From Candidatus Eiseniibacteriota bacterium (GTDB lineage: Bacteria; Eisenbacteria; RBG-16-71-46): a stretch of 64,000 nucleotides of DNA. This document shows positions 33,647 through 44,294 of the stretch, in pieces. Positions within the stretch are counted from its first letter, which is position 1. Each line of letters opens with the position of its first letter. The stretch is taken from contig JBGAML010000001.1 in the NCBI GenBank assembly GCA_044223005.1, positions 464,443-528,442 of the forward strand, read 5' to 3'. Below the pieces are notes generated by a model that was not told the origin of the DNA, ran no database searches, and saw nothing but the letters and a program-made list of their open reading frames with translations. Both the position numbers and the translations under genes were made by a program.

Positions 33647-34522
33647 TCAGCTACGCGGTTCGTAGAACGCCGACGCCCAGGGCGAGAGCGTGCGGAAGCC
33701 CATCCGCCGGTAGAGCGAGATGGCCGGGGCGTTGATCTCGTTCACGAACAGGCAGCACTCGTTCGAGCGCTCGAGCAGCCGCAGGCACATCTCGGAGAGC
33801 GCGCGCCGCGCGATGCCCTGGTTGCGGAGCGCGGGCGCGGTGTAGACGCCGGAGATCTGCGCCGCCTCGGTGGTCCGCGCCGAAATGCTCGCGCGGAACA
33901 CGAGCCCGCGCGCGTCGCGCCACACGTACGTGTGACCGTCGCGGCAGTCCTCCTCGGCGCGCCGCGCGTACGCGACCGGGTCGACGTCACGCGGATCCTC
34001 CTGCAGCTCCTCGGCGCGCAGCGCGGCGCCCGTCTCGTAGACGAGCGTGTAGTCCTCGCGCCGCGCGGTGCGCAGCTCGGGCAGGCGCGGGCAGGGCGCG
34101 AGGTCGCGCGGGGCGAGGCCCATGTAGAGCTGGTCGCGCTCGAGGCGCAGCCGCGGGCCGGGCCCGGGAAAGTGTTCGCGCAGCACGCCCACGGCGTCGC
34201 GCGGGCCGATCACCTGGAAGCGCGGCGGCAGCACGGCGAGCCGGCGCGCGGCCACCTCGCCGAGCGCGTGGTGGGCCTCGAGGTCGGCGCCCGCGGGCAG
34301 CACGGCGCCCGAGTGCGCACCGAGGTAGAGCAGCGCCACGATCTCGCCGTCGCGCCGCGCGCCCCACCACTCGTCGCGCGGCCGCGCGAGCGCGTCGCGC
34401 AGCACGAGCGCGTGGAGGTACGCGTTCAGCACCGGCGCGGCGTCGAGGAACGCCACCGTGTCCGGCACGTCGCGCGGACCGAGCGGGGCGATCGCGAGCA
34501 GGGGGGAGGCGGCAGGAGGCAT
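33647..34522 (-). CDS. GNAT acetyltransferase (two-domain, DUF4081-like)
   Basis: AQISGVYTAPALRNQGIA, N.PAISLYRRMGF. Confidence 0.82.
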   Translation of the reverse strand: MPPAASPLLAIAPLGPRDVPDTVAFLDAAPVLNAYLHALVLRDALARPRDEWWGARRDGEIVALLYLGAHSGAVLPAGADLEAHHALGEVAARRLAVLPPRFQVIGPRDAVGVLREHFPGPGPRLRLERDQLYMGLAPRDLAPCPRLPELRTARREDYTLVYETGAALRAEELQEDPRDVDPVAYARRAEEDCRDGHTYVWRDARGLVFRASISARTTEAAQISGVYTAPALRNQGIARRALSEMCLRLLERSNECCLFVNEINAPAISLYRRMGFRTLSPWASAFYEPRS

Positions 34523-34639
34523 GCGAAGACTCCGGGACGAAGCACGAATCTACCGCAGCGGCGCCGGGTTGCCACTTCCGAACGCGCGCGCGATTGACCC
34601 CGCGCGAAGCGTCCCCGTAGCATCGTCCGCGGAGGACCG

Positions 34640-35338
34640 ATGAGCGACCTCGTGATGGTGATCGAAGACGAGAAGGAGATCCGCGACCTTCTCAAGTACA
34701 ACCTCGAGCGCGCCGGCTTCCGCGTCGCCGCGTTCGCGGACGGCGAAGAGGGACTCGAGCAGCTGTTCGCGTCGCGTCCGGATCTCGTCGTACTCGATCT
34801 CATGCTGCCCGGGCGCAACGGGCTCGAGATCCTGCGCGAGGTGCGCGGCGAGCCGGCGACGGCGGACCTCCCCGTGCTCGTGCTCACCGCGCGCGGCGCC
34901 GAGATGGACAAGCTGCTCGGCTTCGAGCACGGCGCGGACGACTACCTCACCAAGCCGTTCAGCCCGCGCGAGCTGGTCGCGCGCGCCCAGGCGCTGCTGC
35001 GCCGCGCCAAGCCCGCGGCGCACACGCGCGCGCTCGAGCGCGGCGTGCTGCGCATGGACTTCGACGCACGCGAGGCCACGGTGGCCGGCCGAGCGCTGTC
35101 GCTGACGCCGCGCGAGTTCGACCTGCTCGCGTTCCTCGCACGCCATCCCGGCCGCGTGGTGTCGCGCGACGAGCTGTTGCGCAAGGTGTGGGGCTACGAC
35201 TACCTCGGCGAGACGCGCACGGTGGACGTGCACGTACGCCGGTTGCGCATGAAGCTCGGCGACGAGCATCCGCTCATCGACACGGTGACGGGCTCCGGCT
35301 ACAAGTTCGTCGCCGCGGCGCGCAGCGGCGACGCGTGA
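34640..35338 (+). CDS. phoB: PhoB/PhoP-type response regulator
   Basis: VLDLMLPG, GADDYLTKPF, RTVDVHVRRLR; upstream of the pst operon. Confidence 0.88.
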   Translation: MSDLVMVIEDEKEIRDLLKYNLERAGFRVAAFADGEEGLEQLFASRPDLVVLDLMLPGRNGLEILREVRGEPATADLPVLVLTARGAEMDKLLGFEHGADDYLTKPFSPRELVARAQALLRRAKPAAHTRALERGVLRMDFDAREATVAGRALSLTPREFDLLAFLARHPGRVVSRDELLRKVWGYDYLGETRTVDVHVRRLRMKLGDEHPLIDTVTGSGYKFVAAARSGDA

Positions 35339-35351
35339 GCGCGGACGCGGC

Positions 35352-37097
35352 GTGATCACGTCGCTGCGCGTCCGGCAGTTCGTCGCCTACGGGTTCGTGC
35401 TCGTGGCGGCGTTCACCGTGCTCGCCGTGCTCGAGACGCGCGTGCAGCGGCGCTGGCTGCTCGACCGCAGTCGCGAGGAGCTGGTGCGAGACGTGCGCCA
35501 GGTCGCGGTCGCGCTCGCGGACGATCCGCCCGAGGTGCGCGCGGCCCCGCAGGGCACCGTCGCCGCGCTCGACTCGGCGCTCGCCCGCCGCATCACGCTG
35601 ATCGCCCCCGACGGCCGCGTGATCGCGGATTCGCGCGCGGACGCACACGTGCTCGAGAACCACGCGAACCGGCCGGAGTTCCGCGCGGCGATGGCCGGGC
35701 GCGTCGGCACGAGCGTGCGGCGCAGTCACACGCTCGGCGTGGAGATGCTCTACGTGGCCGAGGCCGCGCCGCCGGGCATGCCGTGGGCGGTCGTGCGCCT
35801 CTCGGAACCGCTGTCGGTCGTGCACGAACTGAACGGCGCGCTCATGCGGATCTCACTGCTCGGCGCGGGCTTCACCTTGCTCGCGACGTTCGCGCTCGTC
35901 TACTGGATCGGCGGCCGCCCGACCGGGCGGGTGCGCGAGCTCCAGCGCATCGCCGAGCGGATCGGTTCCGGCGATCCGCGCGCGCGCGCGGACGAGCGGC
36001 CGGACGACGAGCTCGGACGGCTCGGCGCGGCGCTCAACCACATGTCCGCGACGCTCAACGACCGGCTGGAGGCCCTGGCGCGCGAACGCGACGAACGCGA
36101 ACACGTGCTGGCGCACATGTCGGACGGCGTCGCGTTGCTCGATCCCGGCAATCGGATCGTGCACTGCAACCACAGCCTCGCGGAGCTCTTCGCGGCACCG
36201 CGGCCCGCGGCGCCGGGCACGCCGCTCGGCGAGTTCGTCCGCGAGCCCGAGCTGGACGAACTCGTCCGTCGCGCGCGGGCCGAGCGCCGGCCGCTGGAGG
36301 CCGAACTCCGGCTGTGGTCGCCGCGCGCGCGCTTCGTGCGCGCCAACGTGACGCCGCTGGATCCGGCGGCGAGCGAGCTGCTGCTCGTGCTGCACGACCT
36401 GACCGAGGCCGAGACGGTGAATCGCGTGCGCCAGGACTTCGTCGCCAACGTTTCGCACGAGCTGCGCACGCCGCTCACCTCGTTGCGCGGCTACGCCGAG
36501 ACGCTGCTCGACGGCGGGCTCGAGGACGCCGAACACCGCGAGCAGTTCGTGCGCGTGATCCGCGACCAGGCCGAGCGCATGCAGCTGCTGGTCGACGACC
36601 TGCTCTCGCTCGCGCAGCTCGAGCGGCCCGAGGCGGCGCCGAAGCGCGAGCCGTTCGACCTGCGCGCGCTGCTCGCCGAGCACGTGGCGGCGGAACAGCC
36701 GCGCGCCCGCGCCGCGGGGCTCGCGCTCGTGCTGGAGCCGGGACCGCCGCTGGAAGTGTCGGCGGAACGCCACCGGCTCGCCCAGGTGATCGCCAACCTG
36801 CTCGACAACGCGCTCAAGTACACCGAGCGCGGGGGCATCACCGTGCGCGCGGGCGAGGACGCCCGCCGGGTCTGGTGCGAGGTCGAGGACACGGGGCCGG
36901 GCATCCCGGAGGACGATCGCTCGCGCGTGTTCGAGCGCTTCTACCGCGTCGACAAGGCCCGCTCGCGCGAGAAGGGCGGCACCGGGCTCGGGCTCTCGAT
37001 CGTGAAGCACGTCATCACGTTGCACGGGGGCGAGGTCTCGGTGCGCAGCGCCCCCGGCGAGGGCAGCTGCTTCCGGTTCGAGCTGCCGCGCCCCTGA
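35352..37097 (+). CDS. phoR: PhoR-type sensor histidine kinase (HAMP, PAS)
   Basis: ENHANRPE, DFVANVSHELRTPL, FERFYRVDKARSR..GGTGLGL. Confidence 0.9.
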   Translation: MITSLRVRQFVAYGFVLVAAFTVLAVLETRVQRRWLLDRSREELVRDVRQVAVALADDPPEVRAAPQGTVAALDSALARRITLIAPDGRVIADSRADAHVLENHANRPEFRAAMAGRVGTSVRRSHTLGVEMLYVAEAAPPGMPWAVVRLSEPLSVVHELNGALMRISLLGAGFTLLATFALVYWIGGRPTGRVRELQRIAERIGSGDPRARADERPDDELGRLGAALNHMSATLNDRLEALARERDEREHVLAHMSDGVALLDPGNRIVHCNHSLAELFAAPRPAAPGTPLGEFVREPELDELVRRARAERRPLEAELRLWSPRARFVRANVTPLDPAASELLLVLHDLTEAETVNRVRQDFVANVSHELRTPLTSLRGYAETLLDGGLEDAEHREQFVRVIRDQAERMQLLVDDLLSLAQLERPEAAPKREPFDLRALLAEHVAAEQPRARAAGLALVLEPGPPLEVSAERHRLAQVIANLLDNALKYTERGGITVRAGEDARRVWCEVEDTGPGIPEDDRSRVFERFYRVDKARSREKGGTGLGLSIVKHVITLHGGEVSVRSAPGEGSCFRFELPRP

Positions 37098-37154
37098 GCC
37101 CCCGCGGTCGGTTCCGCCCCGCCGAGTGGTGCGAATCGTCGCTCGTCGAGGCGG

Positions 37155-37183
37155 ATTAACCCGGTCGTTACATCCCGTTAACA
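37155..37183 (+). promoter_or_regulatory. candidate Pho box (three 11-bp-spaced direct repeats)
   Basis: TTAACC 37156, GTTACA 37167, TTAACA 37178. Confidence 0.65.
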
Positions 37184-37260
37184 GCGTGCGGGCGAGGCTC
37201 ATGGCCTCCATGCGTGGCCGGATCCCCCGCGGCCCGCCTGTTCCCCGGGAGGTCGCCTTC

Positions 37261-37611
37261 ATGTCGTCGAATACATCTTCCGCCGGCGGTTCGTCGCCGG
37301 CAGGTGCGTACGCGCTCTCGCCCTCGTCGAGCGACGGCCGTTCGTCCGGCAACGCGCCTCGGCGCCGCGGGCGTCCGCCGATGCGAACGCCCGCGCAAGT
37401 GCTCGAGGAGATTCGCGCGGCCGCTCAGTCCGGGAAGCTGTTCCGCGTGCACCTCGACCAGCCCGCGCTCTACGCGCGCGCGCGTCGCATGTGGGGAACG
37501 TGGGCGGCGGCGCTGCGCGAAGCGGGCGTCGATTATCACGGCATCGTGCAGACGGCGCGCACGCGCGCGCTGGAAACGCGTCGCACGAAGCGCGAGCGCC
37601 GCGAAGCCTGA
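37261..37611 (+). CDS. small basic putative DNA-binding protein
   Basis: GGAGG RBS; AT-hook-like RRRGRPP; LYARARRMWGTWAAALREAGVDY helical motif. Confidence 0.7.
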   Translation: MSSNTSSAGGSSPAGAYALSPSSSDGRSSGNAPRRRGRPPMRTPAQVLEEIRAAAQSGKLFRVHLDQPALYARARRMWGTWAAALREAGVDYHGIVQTARTRALETRRTKRERREA

Positions 37612-37766
37612 AACGCGCGCGTCGCGGAGATTAACGGGGCCGAAACCCCAGAGCCATTCGAGGGCAACGCGCGCCACGTAGCGTGAGGTTCGACGCACGA
37701 CGGCGCGCGTTCGCGTGTCCGGCACGTGCGTGAACCGATGCCGACGCATGGACCCGGAGAAGGCCC

Positions 37767-38894
37767 ATGATCCTCCGCGCGCGCACCGTCCCCGCCTCAC
37801 TCGCCCTCGCGTTCGCCCTCGCCATGCCGCCGTTCGTCGCGGCGCAGTCACCGCCGCCTGCGGCCGTCGTCGCGACGCCGCCCGACTTCCCGCGCGGGAA
37901 GATCAGCGGCTACATGTTCGCCGACGTCTACGACAACCTGGCCGGTGATCCGCGCCACGCGTACGACGCCGCGGGCAACGACTCGGCGCAGGCATCGATC
38001 GACGGCAAGAAGGTGATCGGCCGCGATCTCTCGGGCGTCGTGCTGCGCCGCGTCTACTTCCAGCTCGACAACGACCTGTCGATCCGTTTCGCGACGCGCT
38101 TCCGGCTCGAGGCCGACAGCCGCTCGCTCACGTCGGACGGCAAACTCGGCGTCGCGGTGAAGGCGGCGTACATGCTGGCGCGCAGCGTGTGGCCGCGCGG
38201 CGACGTGTACGTGGGCCTCACACCGACGCCGACGTTCGAGAACTCCGAGGACTACTGGCAGTACCGCTCGATCGAGAAGACGCTCGCCGACTTCCGCGGG
38301 CTCGCACCGTCGGCCGACGTGGGCGTGCTCGTGAAGGGCTTCGTCGACGGGAATCACGTGCTGGGCTACGCCGCCATGGTGGGCAACGGCGGCGGGCAGA
38401 AGCCGGAGACGAATCGCGACCGCCGCGCCTACCTCGCGCTGCCGATGCGCTGGCGCGACGTGCGGCTCGAGCCCTACGTGGACTACGAGAACGTGTGGAA
38501 CGGCCGCGACCGCGCCACGTACAAGCTCTTCGCGGGCTGGGACGTCGGCCATGGCGCGATCGGCTGGGAGGTCGCCGACCAGGTGACGCACCGGCCCGTG
38601 GGCGCGTACGCCGAATCGCGCGCGCACTCTGTGTTCGCGCGCTACGCGTTCACGCCCATGATCGGCGCGTTCGCGCGCGCGGACTTCTGGCAGCCGGACC
38701 GGCGCACCGCCAACCGCGTGGACCAGCAGCTCTGGGTCGCGGGCGTCGACTGGCAGCCGCTCAAAGACGTGCACTTCATGCCGAACGTCGAATCGATGCA
38801 GTACGCCGCGCAGGGCACCGGCATGGTGCCGCCGCACCACGACCTGCAGGCGCGCGTCACGCTCTATTGGAAGTTCTCTCGGCCCCAGTCCTGA
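37767..38894 (+). CDS. outer-membrane porin, probably phosphate-related
   Basis: Signal peptide, LRRVYF..RFRLEAD, VKAAY, YRSIEKT; directly upstream of pstS. Confidence 0.72.
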   Translation: MILRARTVPASLALAFALAMPPFVAAQSPPPAAVVATPPDFPRGKISGYMFADVYDNLAGDPRHAYDAAGNDSAQASIDGKKVIGRDLSGVVLRRVYFQLDNDLSIRFATRFRLEADSRSLTSDGKLGVAVKAAYMLARSVWPRGDVYVGLTPTPTFENSEDYWQYRSIEKTLADFRGLAPSADVGVLVKGFVDGNHVLGYAAMVGNGGGQKPETNRDRRAYLALPMRWRDVRLEPYVDYENVWNGRDRATYKLFAGWDVGHGAIGWEVADQVTHRPVGAYAESRAHSVFARYAFTPMIGAFARADFWQPDRRTANRVDQQLWVAGVDWQPLKDVHFMPNVESMQYAAQGTGMVPPHHDLQARVTLYWKFSRPQS

Positions 38895-38917
38895 CCCACC
38901 GACGAGGATCCCTTCGC

Positions 38918-39970
38918 ATGCTCGTGCGCTCTCGTATCGCCGTCCTCGCCGCGCTCGCGGCCTTCGCGATCGCCGGTTCGGGTGCCGCGGGCGCGCAGTC
39001 GCTCACCGGCGCCGGCGCCACGTTCCCGTACCCGATCTACTCCAAGTGGTTCGACACCTACCACCAGAAGACGGGCATCGAGATCAACTACCAGTCGATC
39101 GGCAGCGGCGCCGGCATCCAGCAGGTCAAGGCCGGCACGGTCGACTTCGGCGCGAGCGACGCGGCCCTGTCCGACGCGCAGCTCAAGGACATGCCGCGCA
39201 AGGTGCTCCACTTCCCGACGGTGGCGGGCGCGGTCGTGCTCGCCTACAACCTGCCGGGCTTCAACGCCACGCTGCGCCTCACGCCGGAGCTCGTGGCCGG
39301 CATCTGGATGGGCACGATCACCACGTGGAACGACAAGCGCGTCGCCGCCGCGAACCCGGGCGTGACGCTGCCCGCGGCGCCGATCCTCGCGGTGCACCGC
39401 TCCGACGGCAGCGGCACCACGAACATCTTCACGAACTACCTCGCGGCGATCAGCACGCCGTGGAAGGAAATGGTCGGCGCCGGCACGTCGGTGAGCTGGC
39501 CGTCGGGCGTGGGCGGCAAGGGCAACGACGGCGTGGCCGGCGTGGTCCGCCAGACGCCGGGTGCGATCGGCTACGTGGAGCTGGCGTACGCGAAGCAGAA
39601 CAAGCTGCCGATGGCGACGCTGCGCAACAAGGCGGGCAACTTCGTCACGCCCACGCTCGCGTCCACCACGGCGGCGGTCGAGGGCGCGGCGCCGCAGCTC
39701 GCGAAGGACGTGCGCACGCCGATCGTGAACTCGCCGGCGCCGCAGGCGTGGCCGATCTCGGGGCTCACGTTCCTGCTCGTCTACCAGGATTCGAAGGACG
39801 CCGCGCGGGCGAAGGCGCTGGCGGACTTCATCCGCTGGGCGATCCACGACGGGCAGGCCTTCGCGGACGATCTCGACTACGCCGCGCTGCCGCCGGCGGT
39901 CGTGAAGGTGAACGAGAGCACGCTGCAGCTCCTTTCGGCCGGCGGCAAGAAGCTGTTCGCGGCGAAATGA
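38918..39970 (+). CDS. pstS: phosphate ABC transporter substrate-binding protein
   Basis: GAGATFPYP, YQSIGSGAG, DFGASD, HRSDGSGTT. Confidence 0.97.
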   Translation: MLVRSRIAVLAALAAFAIAGSGAAGAQSLTGAGATFPYPIYSKWFDTYHQKTGIEINYQSIGSGAGIQQVKAGTVDFGASDAALSDAQLKDMPRKVLHFPTVAGAVVLAYNLPGFNATLRLTPELVAGIWMGTITTWNDKRVAAANPGVTLPAAPILAVHRSDGSGTTNIFTNYLAAISTPWKEMVGAGTSVSWPSGVGGKGNDGVAGVVRQTPGAIGYVELAYAKQNKLPMATLRNKAGNFVTPTLASTTAAVEGAAPQLAKDVRTPIVNSPAPQAWPISGLTFLLVYQDSKDAARAKALADFIRWAIHDGQAFADDLDYAALPPAVVKVNESTLQLLSAGGKKLFAAK

Positions 39971-40962
39971 GTGCTCGTCCGGGCGGGGGCGTCGTGACGC
40001 CCTGGTCGGTGCCGGTGTCGCGCGTCCCCCGCGCGCGCTCGGCGCCGCGCCCGGACGATCTGTACGCGGGGCTGCTGCGGTCGCTGGGCCTGGTCGTCGT
40101 GCTGGCGCTCGCGATCGTGGTGTTCGAGTGCGTGCGCGGTGCGTGGCCCGCGTGGCATGCGTTCGGCCCCGCGTTCCTCCTGCGGTCCGACTGGGACCCG
40201 ATCTCGGATCGCTACGGCGCCTGGCCGTACCTCTACGGCACGCTCGTCACGTCGGCGCTGGCGATGGGCTGCGCGACGCCGCTCGGCGTGGGCGCGGCCG
40301 TGTTCCTCGTCGAGATCGCGCCGCCCCGCGTCGGGGCGGTGGTGTCGTACGTGATCGAGCTGCTCGCCTCCATTCCCAGCATCGTGTACGGCATCTGGGG
40401 CGTCTTCGTGCTCGCTCCGGTGCTGCGCACGCTCGTCGAGCCCTGGCTGATCGCGCACCTCGGATTCCTGCCACTGTTCCAGGGCTTCCCCTTCGGCCTC
40501 GGCATCCTGAACGCCGGGATCGTGCTCGCGATCATGGTGGTGCCGACCGTGACCGCGATCGCGCGCGAGGTGCTGCGCGCGATGCCGCCCTCACTGCGCG
40601 AGTCGGCGCTGGCGCTGGGTGCCACGCGCGCCGAGGCGCTGGCGGTCACGCTCGACGCGGCGCGACCCGGGATCCTCGGCGCGGCGATCCTCGCGCTCGG
40701 GCGCGCGCTCGGCGAGACGATGGCGGTCACCATGGTGATCGGGAACTCGAACCGCGTCTCGGCGTCGCTGCTGGCGCCGGGCTCGACGCTGGCGAGCGTG
40801 ATCGCCAACGAGTTCGCCGAGGCGACGGGCAAGCTCTACCTCTCGGCACTGATCGAGATCGCGCTCGTGCTGTTCGTCCTGACGCTGGTCGTGAACGCGT
40901 GCGCGCGGCTGCTGGTGCACTGGACCACGGGAGGTCGTCGCGATGTCGCGGGCGCCGCGTGA
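39967..40962 (+). CDS. pstC: phosphate ABC permease
   Basis: ELLASIPSIVYG, GRALGETMAV. Confidence 0.95.
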   Translation: MSARPGGGVVTPWSVPVSRVPRARSAPRPDDLYAGLLRSLGLVVVLALAIVVFECVRGAWPAWHAFGPAFLLRSDWDPISDRYGAWPYLYGTLVTSALAMGCATPLGVGAAVFLVEIAPPRVGAVVSYVIELLASIPSIVYGIWGVFVLAPVLRTLVEPWLIAHLGFLPLFQGFPFGLGILNAGIVLAIMVVPTVTAIAREVLRAMPPSLRESALALGATRAEALAVTLDAARPGILGAAILALGRALGETMAVTMVIGNSNRVSASLLAPGSTLASVIANEFAEATGKLYLSALIEIALVLFVLTLVVNACARLLVHWTTGGRRDVAGAA

Positions 40963-41818
40963 GCCGCTGGGGCGGCCGGTGCCCCGCCGTTCGCGCCTCG
41001 TGCGCGGCGCGGCGAACGCGCTGGCGCTGGGCGCGTGCACGGCGGCGGCGGTGCTGGTCATGGTTCCGCTGCTGCTGCTCGTGACGCACCTGCTCGTGCA
41101 CGGGCTGCCGGCGCTCACGCCGGGCTTCTTCGTGCACCTGCCGAAGCCGGTGGGCGAGCCCGGAGGCGGCATGGCGAACGCCATTCTCGGCACGCTGGTC
41201 ATGGTCGCGCTCGGGGCGGCGATCGCGGTGCCGGTCGGTGTCGGTGCGGGCGTCTACCTCGCGGAGTTCGGCGAAGGGCGCATGGCGAGTGTCGTGCGCT
41301 ACGCCGCCGAAGTGCTGGGCGGCGTGCCATCGATCGTGGTCGGTGTCGCGGTGTACGGACTCGTGGTGGTGCCGATGGGCCGCTTCTCGGGCCTCGCGGG
41401 TGGCGTGGCGCTGGCGATCCTGATGCTGCCGACGATCGTGCGCGCGACCGAAGAGGTGGTGCGGCTGGTGCCGCAGTCCTACCGCCAGGCGGCGCTCGCC
41501 CTGGGCGCGCCGCGCTGGCGCGTGGTGCAGCAGGTCGTGCTGCCCGCGGCCCGCAGCGGCATCGCGACGGCGGTGATGCTGTCGGTGGCGCGCGCCTCGG
41601 GCGAGACGGCGCCGCTGCTGTTCACGGCGCTCGGCAACCGGTTCTGGTCGCTCCACCTCGACCGGCCCATGGCGTCGCTGCCGGTCATGATCTTCGATTA
41701 CGCGCGCGCGCCGTATCCCGACTGGAATGCCCAGGCGTGGACGGGCGCGCTGGTGCTGTTCGTGATGGTCGCCACGCTGGCGGGACTGGTGCGATGGACG
41801 ACGAGGCGGATCCGATGA
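40943..41818 (+). CDS. pstA: phosphate ABC permease
   Basis: [28 protein letters not shown]. Confidence 0.95.
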   Translation: MSRAPREPLGRPVPRRSRLVRGAANALALGACTAAAVLVMVPLLLLVTHLLVHGLPALTPGFFVHLPKPVGEPGGGMANAILGTLVMVALGAAIAVPVGVGAGVYLAEFGEGRMASVVRYAAEVLGGVPSIVVGVAVYGLVVVPMGRFSGLAGGVALAILMLPTIVRATEEVVRLVPQSYRQAALALGAPRWRVVQQVVLPAARSGIATAVMLSVARASGETAPLLFTALGNRFWSLHLDRPMASLPVMIFDYARAPYPDWNAQAWTGALVLFVMVATLAGLVRWTTRRIR

Positions 41819-42678
41819 CGCTCGACACCCGGCCGGCGGCGGACGCTTCGCCGCCCGCGCCCGCGCTGCGCACGGAGCTCCCCGCCGCGCGCGAACACCC
41901 GCAACCGGCCGCGGCGGCGGCGCCGCGCACGGAGCTGGCGGCACGGGGCTTCCACCTGTACTACGGCACGTTCCACGCGCTGCGCGACGTGTCGTTCGAG
42001 ATCCCCGAGCACACGGTGACGGCGATCATCGGGCCGTCGGGCTGCGGCAAGAGCACGCTGCTGCGCTCCTTCAACCGCATGAACGACCTCGTCCCCGGCG
42101 TTCGCACGTCGGGCGGGCTCGAGGTCGGCGGGGTCGACGTGACGTCGCCCGCGGTGGACGTGGTCGAACTGCGCCGCCGGGTCGGCATGGTGTTCCAGCG
42201 CCCGAATCCCTTTCCGCGTTCGATCTTCGACAACGTGGCCTTCGGCCTGCGGCTGATCGGCATCCGCGACCGCGGCGAGCTCGCGATCCGGATCGAATCG
42301 AGCCTGCGCCGCGCGGCGCTCTGGGACGAGGTGAAGGACCGGCTCGACCGCTCGGCCCTCGCACTCTCGGGCGGCCAGCAGCAGCGGCTCTGCATCGCCC
42401 GCGCGCTCGCGGTCGAGCCCGAGGTCCTGCTGATGGACGAACCCGCCTCGGCGCTCGATCCCACCGCGACCGCGCGCATCGAGGAGCTGGTGCTGGAGCT
42501 GAAGGGGCGCTACACGATCCTCGTGGTGACGCACAACATGCAGCAGGCGGCGCGCATCTCGGACCGCACGTTGTTCATGCTCAACGGCGCGCTCGTGGAG
42601 TACGGTGAGACGCGGCAGCTGTTCACGAACCCGCGCGAGAAGCTGACCGAGGACTACATCACCGGGCGGTTCGGGTGA
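41815..42678 (+). CDS. pstB: phosphate ABC ATP-binding protein
   Basis: [37 protein letters not shown]. Confidence 0.97.
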   Translation: MTLDTRPAADASPPAPALRTELPAAREHPQPAAAAAPRTELAARGFHLYYGTFHALRDVSFEIPEHTVTAIIGPSGCGKSTLLRSFNRMNDLVPGVRTSGGLEVGGVDVTSPAVDVVELRRRVGMVFQRPNPFPRSIFDNVAFGLRLIGIRDRGELAIRIESSLRRAALWDEVKDRLDRSALALSGGQQQRLCIARALAVEPEVLLMDEPASALDPTATARIEELVLELKGRYTILVVTHNMQQAARISDRTLFMLNGALVEYGETRQLFTNPREKLTEDYITGRFG

Positions 42679-42700
42679 TCCTGGGGATCGGGGGCTGAGC

Positions 42701-43390
42701 ATGGAGCGTCACTTCGAGACGGAGATCGAGGAGCTCAAGCGCCGGCTGCTGCACATGAGCGGGCTCGCGGAGAGCACCGTGCGCAAGGCCGTCGAGGCGC
42801 TGCAGCGCCGCGACGTGGCGCTGGCCGAGGAGGTCTTCGCCGACGACAAGGTGATCGACCGGCTCGAGATCGAGATCGAGGAGCGCTGCATCGCGCTGCT
42901 CGCGCTGCAACAGCCGCTCGCGCGCGACCTGCGCCTGATCACGTCGGCGCTCAAGATCTCGAACGATCTCGAGCGCGTGGGCGACCACGGCGTCAACATC
43001 GCCGGCTGCGCGAAGACGCTGTTCACGCTGCCGCCCGAGCGGCCGTCGCAGGACCTCGCCCCGCTCGTCGAAGGGGCGCTCGGCATGCTGCGCGAGGCGC
43101 TGGACGCGTTCGTGCGCCGCGACGCGGAGGCCGCGCGACGGCTGGTGCGCCGCGACGACGAGGTGGACGCGCTCAACCGCAGCCTGTTCGGCGACCTGCT
43201 CGGGCGCATGGTGCGCGAGCCGGGGCACGTCGAGGCATGCATGGCCTACGTGCTCGTGGGCCGCAACCTCGAGCGCATCGCCGACCTCGCGACCAACGTC
43301 GCCGAGGAAGTGGTGTTCATCGCCGAGGCGCGCGTGATCAAGCACCACGCCGAGCAGGTCGCGACCGGCGACGAATTCGGCCGCGACTGA
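42701..43390 (+). CDS. phoU: phosphate signalling protein PhoU
   Basis: LQQPLARDLR, DLERVGDH, LERIADLATNVAE. Confidence 0.96.
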   Translation: MERHFETEIEELKRRLLHMSGLAESTVRKAVEALQRRDVALAEEVFADDKVIDRLEIEIEERCIALLALQQPLARDLRLITSALKISNDLERVGDHGVNIAGCAKTLFTLPPERPSQDLAPLVEGALGMLREALDAFVRRDAEAARRLVRRDDEVDALNRSLFGDLLGRMVREPGHVEACMAYVLVGRNLERIADLATNVAEEVVFIAEARVIKHHAEQVATGDEFGRD

Positions 43391-43483
43391 GGCCGCACCG
43401 GGCGCGGCGCGCTTGCGCCCGTGCCCGCCGCCCTCCCATGCTGGCGCCCGCGCGCCGGCGGCGTCCGGCGCGGGGGAGGGTTC

Positions 43484-44284
43484 ATGATCGTCGTCCAGCT
43501 CACCGACCCGCACGTCTCCGACGCGCGCCCGGTCGCGCTCGAACGCTTCGAGGTCGCGATCGCCGACGTGCTCGGGCAGCCGCTGCGCCCGGACGTGGTG
43601 CTCGTCACCGGCGATCTCGCCGACCACGGCACGCCGGCCGAGTACGCGCGGGCCCGCGCCGCGCTCGCCGCGTTGCCCTGCCCCGTGTACGCGATTCCCG
43701 GCAACCACGACGACCGGTCGGCGTTCCGCGCGGCGTTCGGCCCGCAGGGCGCGCAGGCGCTGGAACCGTTCGTGCAGTACGTGGCCGACGCGGGCCCGTT
43801 GCGCCTGGTGGGGCTCGACACGACGATCCCGGGCGAGAACGCGGGCGAACTGTGCGCGGAGCGCCTCGCGTGGCTGGACGCGCGGCTCGCCGAGGCGCCC
43901 GAACGGCCGGCGCTCGTCTTCATGCACCATCCGCCGGTGGCCACGGGTCTCGAGCCGATGGATGCGATCGGGCTGCGCGGCGCGGACGCGTTCGGCGACG
44001 TGATCGCGCGCCACCCGCAGGTCGAGGCGATCGTCGCGGGCCACGTGCACCTGATGCTGGTGCGCCGCTTCCGCGGCACGGTGGCGATGACCGCGGTGGC
44101 GACGTCGTCGCGGATCGACTTCGACGTGTCGCGCCCCGACCGGCTCGCGCTGGTCGAGGGCCCGATCGAATACCTGGTCCACGCCTGGAGCCCCGAGCAC
44201 GGCCTGCGCACCAGCGTGCGCGGCGTCGCGATCGGCGCCGGCCGCCGCGAGATCCACGACGGGACGCGCTGGCTGGCGCATTAG
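43484..44284 (+). CDS. Icc/GpdQ-like phosphodiesterase
   Basis: QLTDPH, TGDLAD, PGNHD, HHPP, AGHVH. Confidence 0.88.
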   Translation: MIVVQLTDPHVSDARPVALERFEVAIADVLGQPLRPDVVLVTGDLADHGTPAEYARARAALAALPCPVYAIPGNHDDRSAFRAAFGPQGAQALEPFVQYVADAGPLRLVGLDTTIPGENAGELCAERLAWLDARLAEAPERPALVFMHHPPVATGLEPMDAIGLRGADAFGDVIARHPQVEAIVAGHVHLMLVRRFRGTVAMTAVATSSRIDFDVSRPDRLALVEGPIEYLVHAWSPEHGLRTSVRGVAIGAGRREIHDGTRWLAH

Positions 44285-44294
44285 AGTCGTCGCG

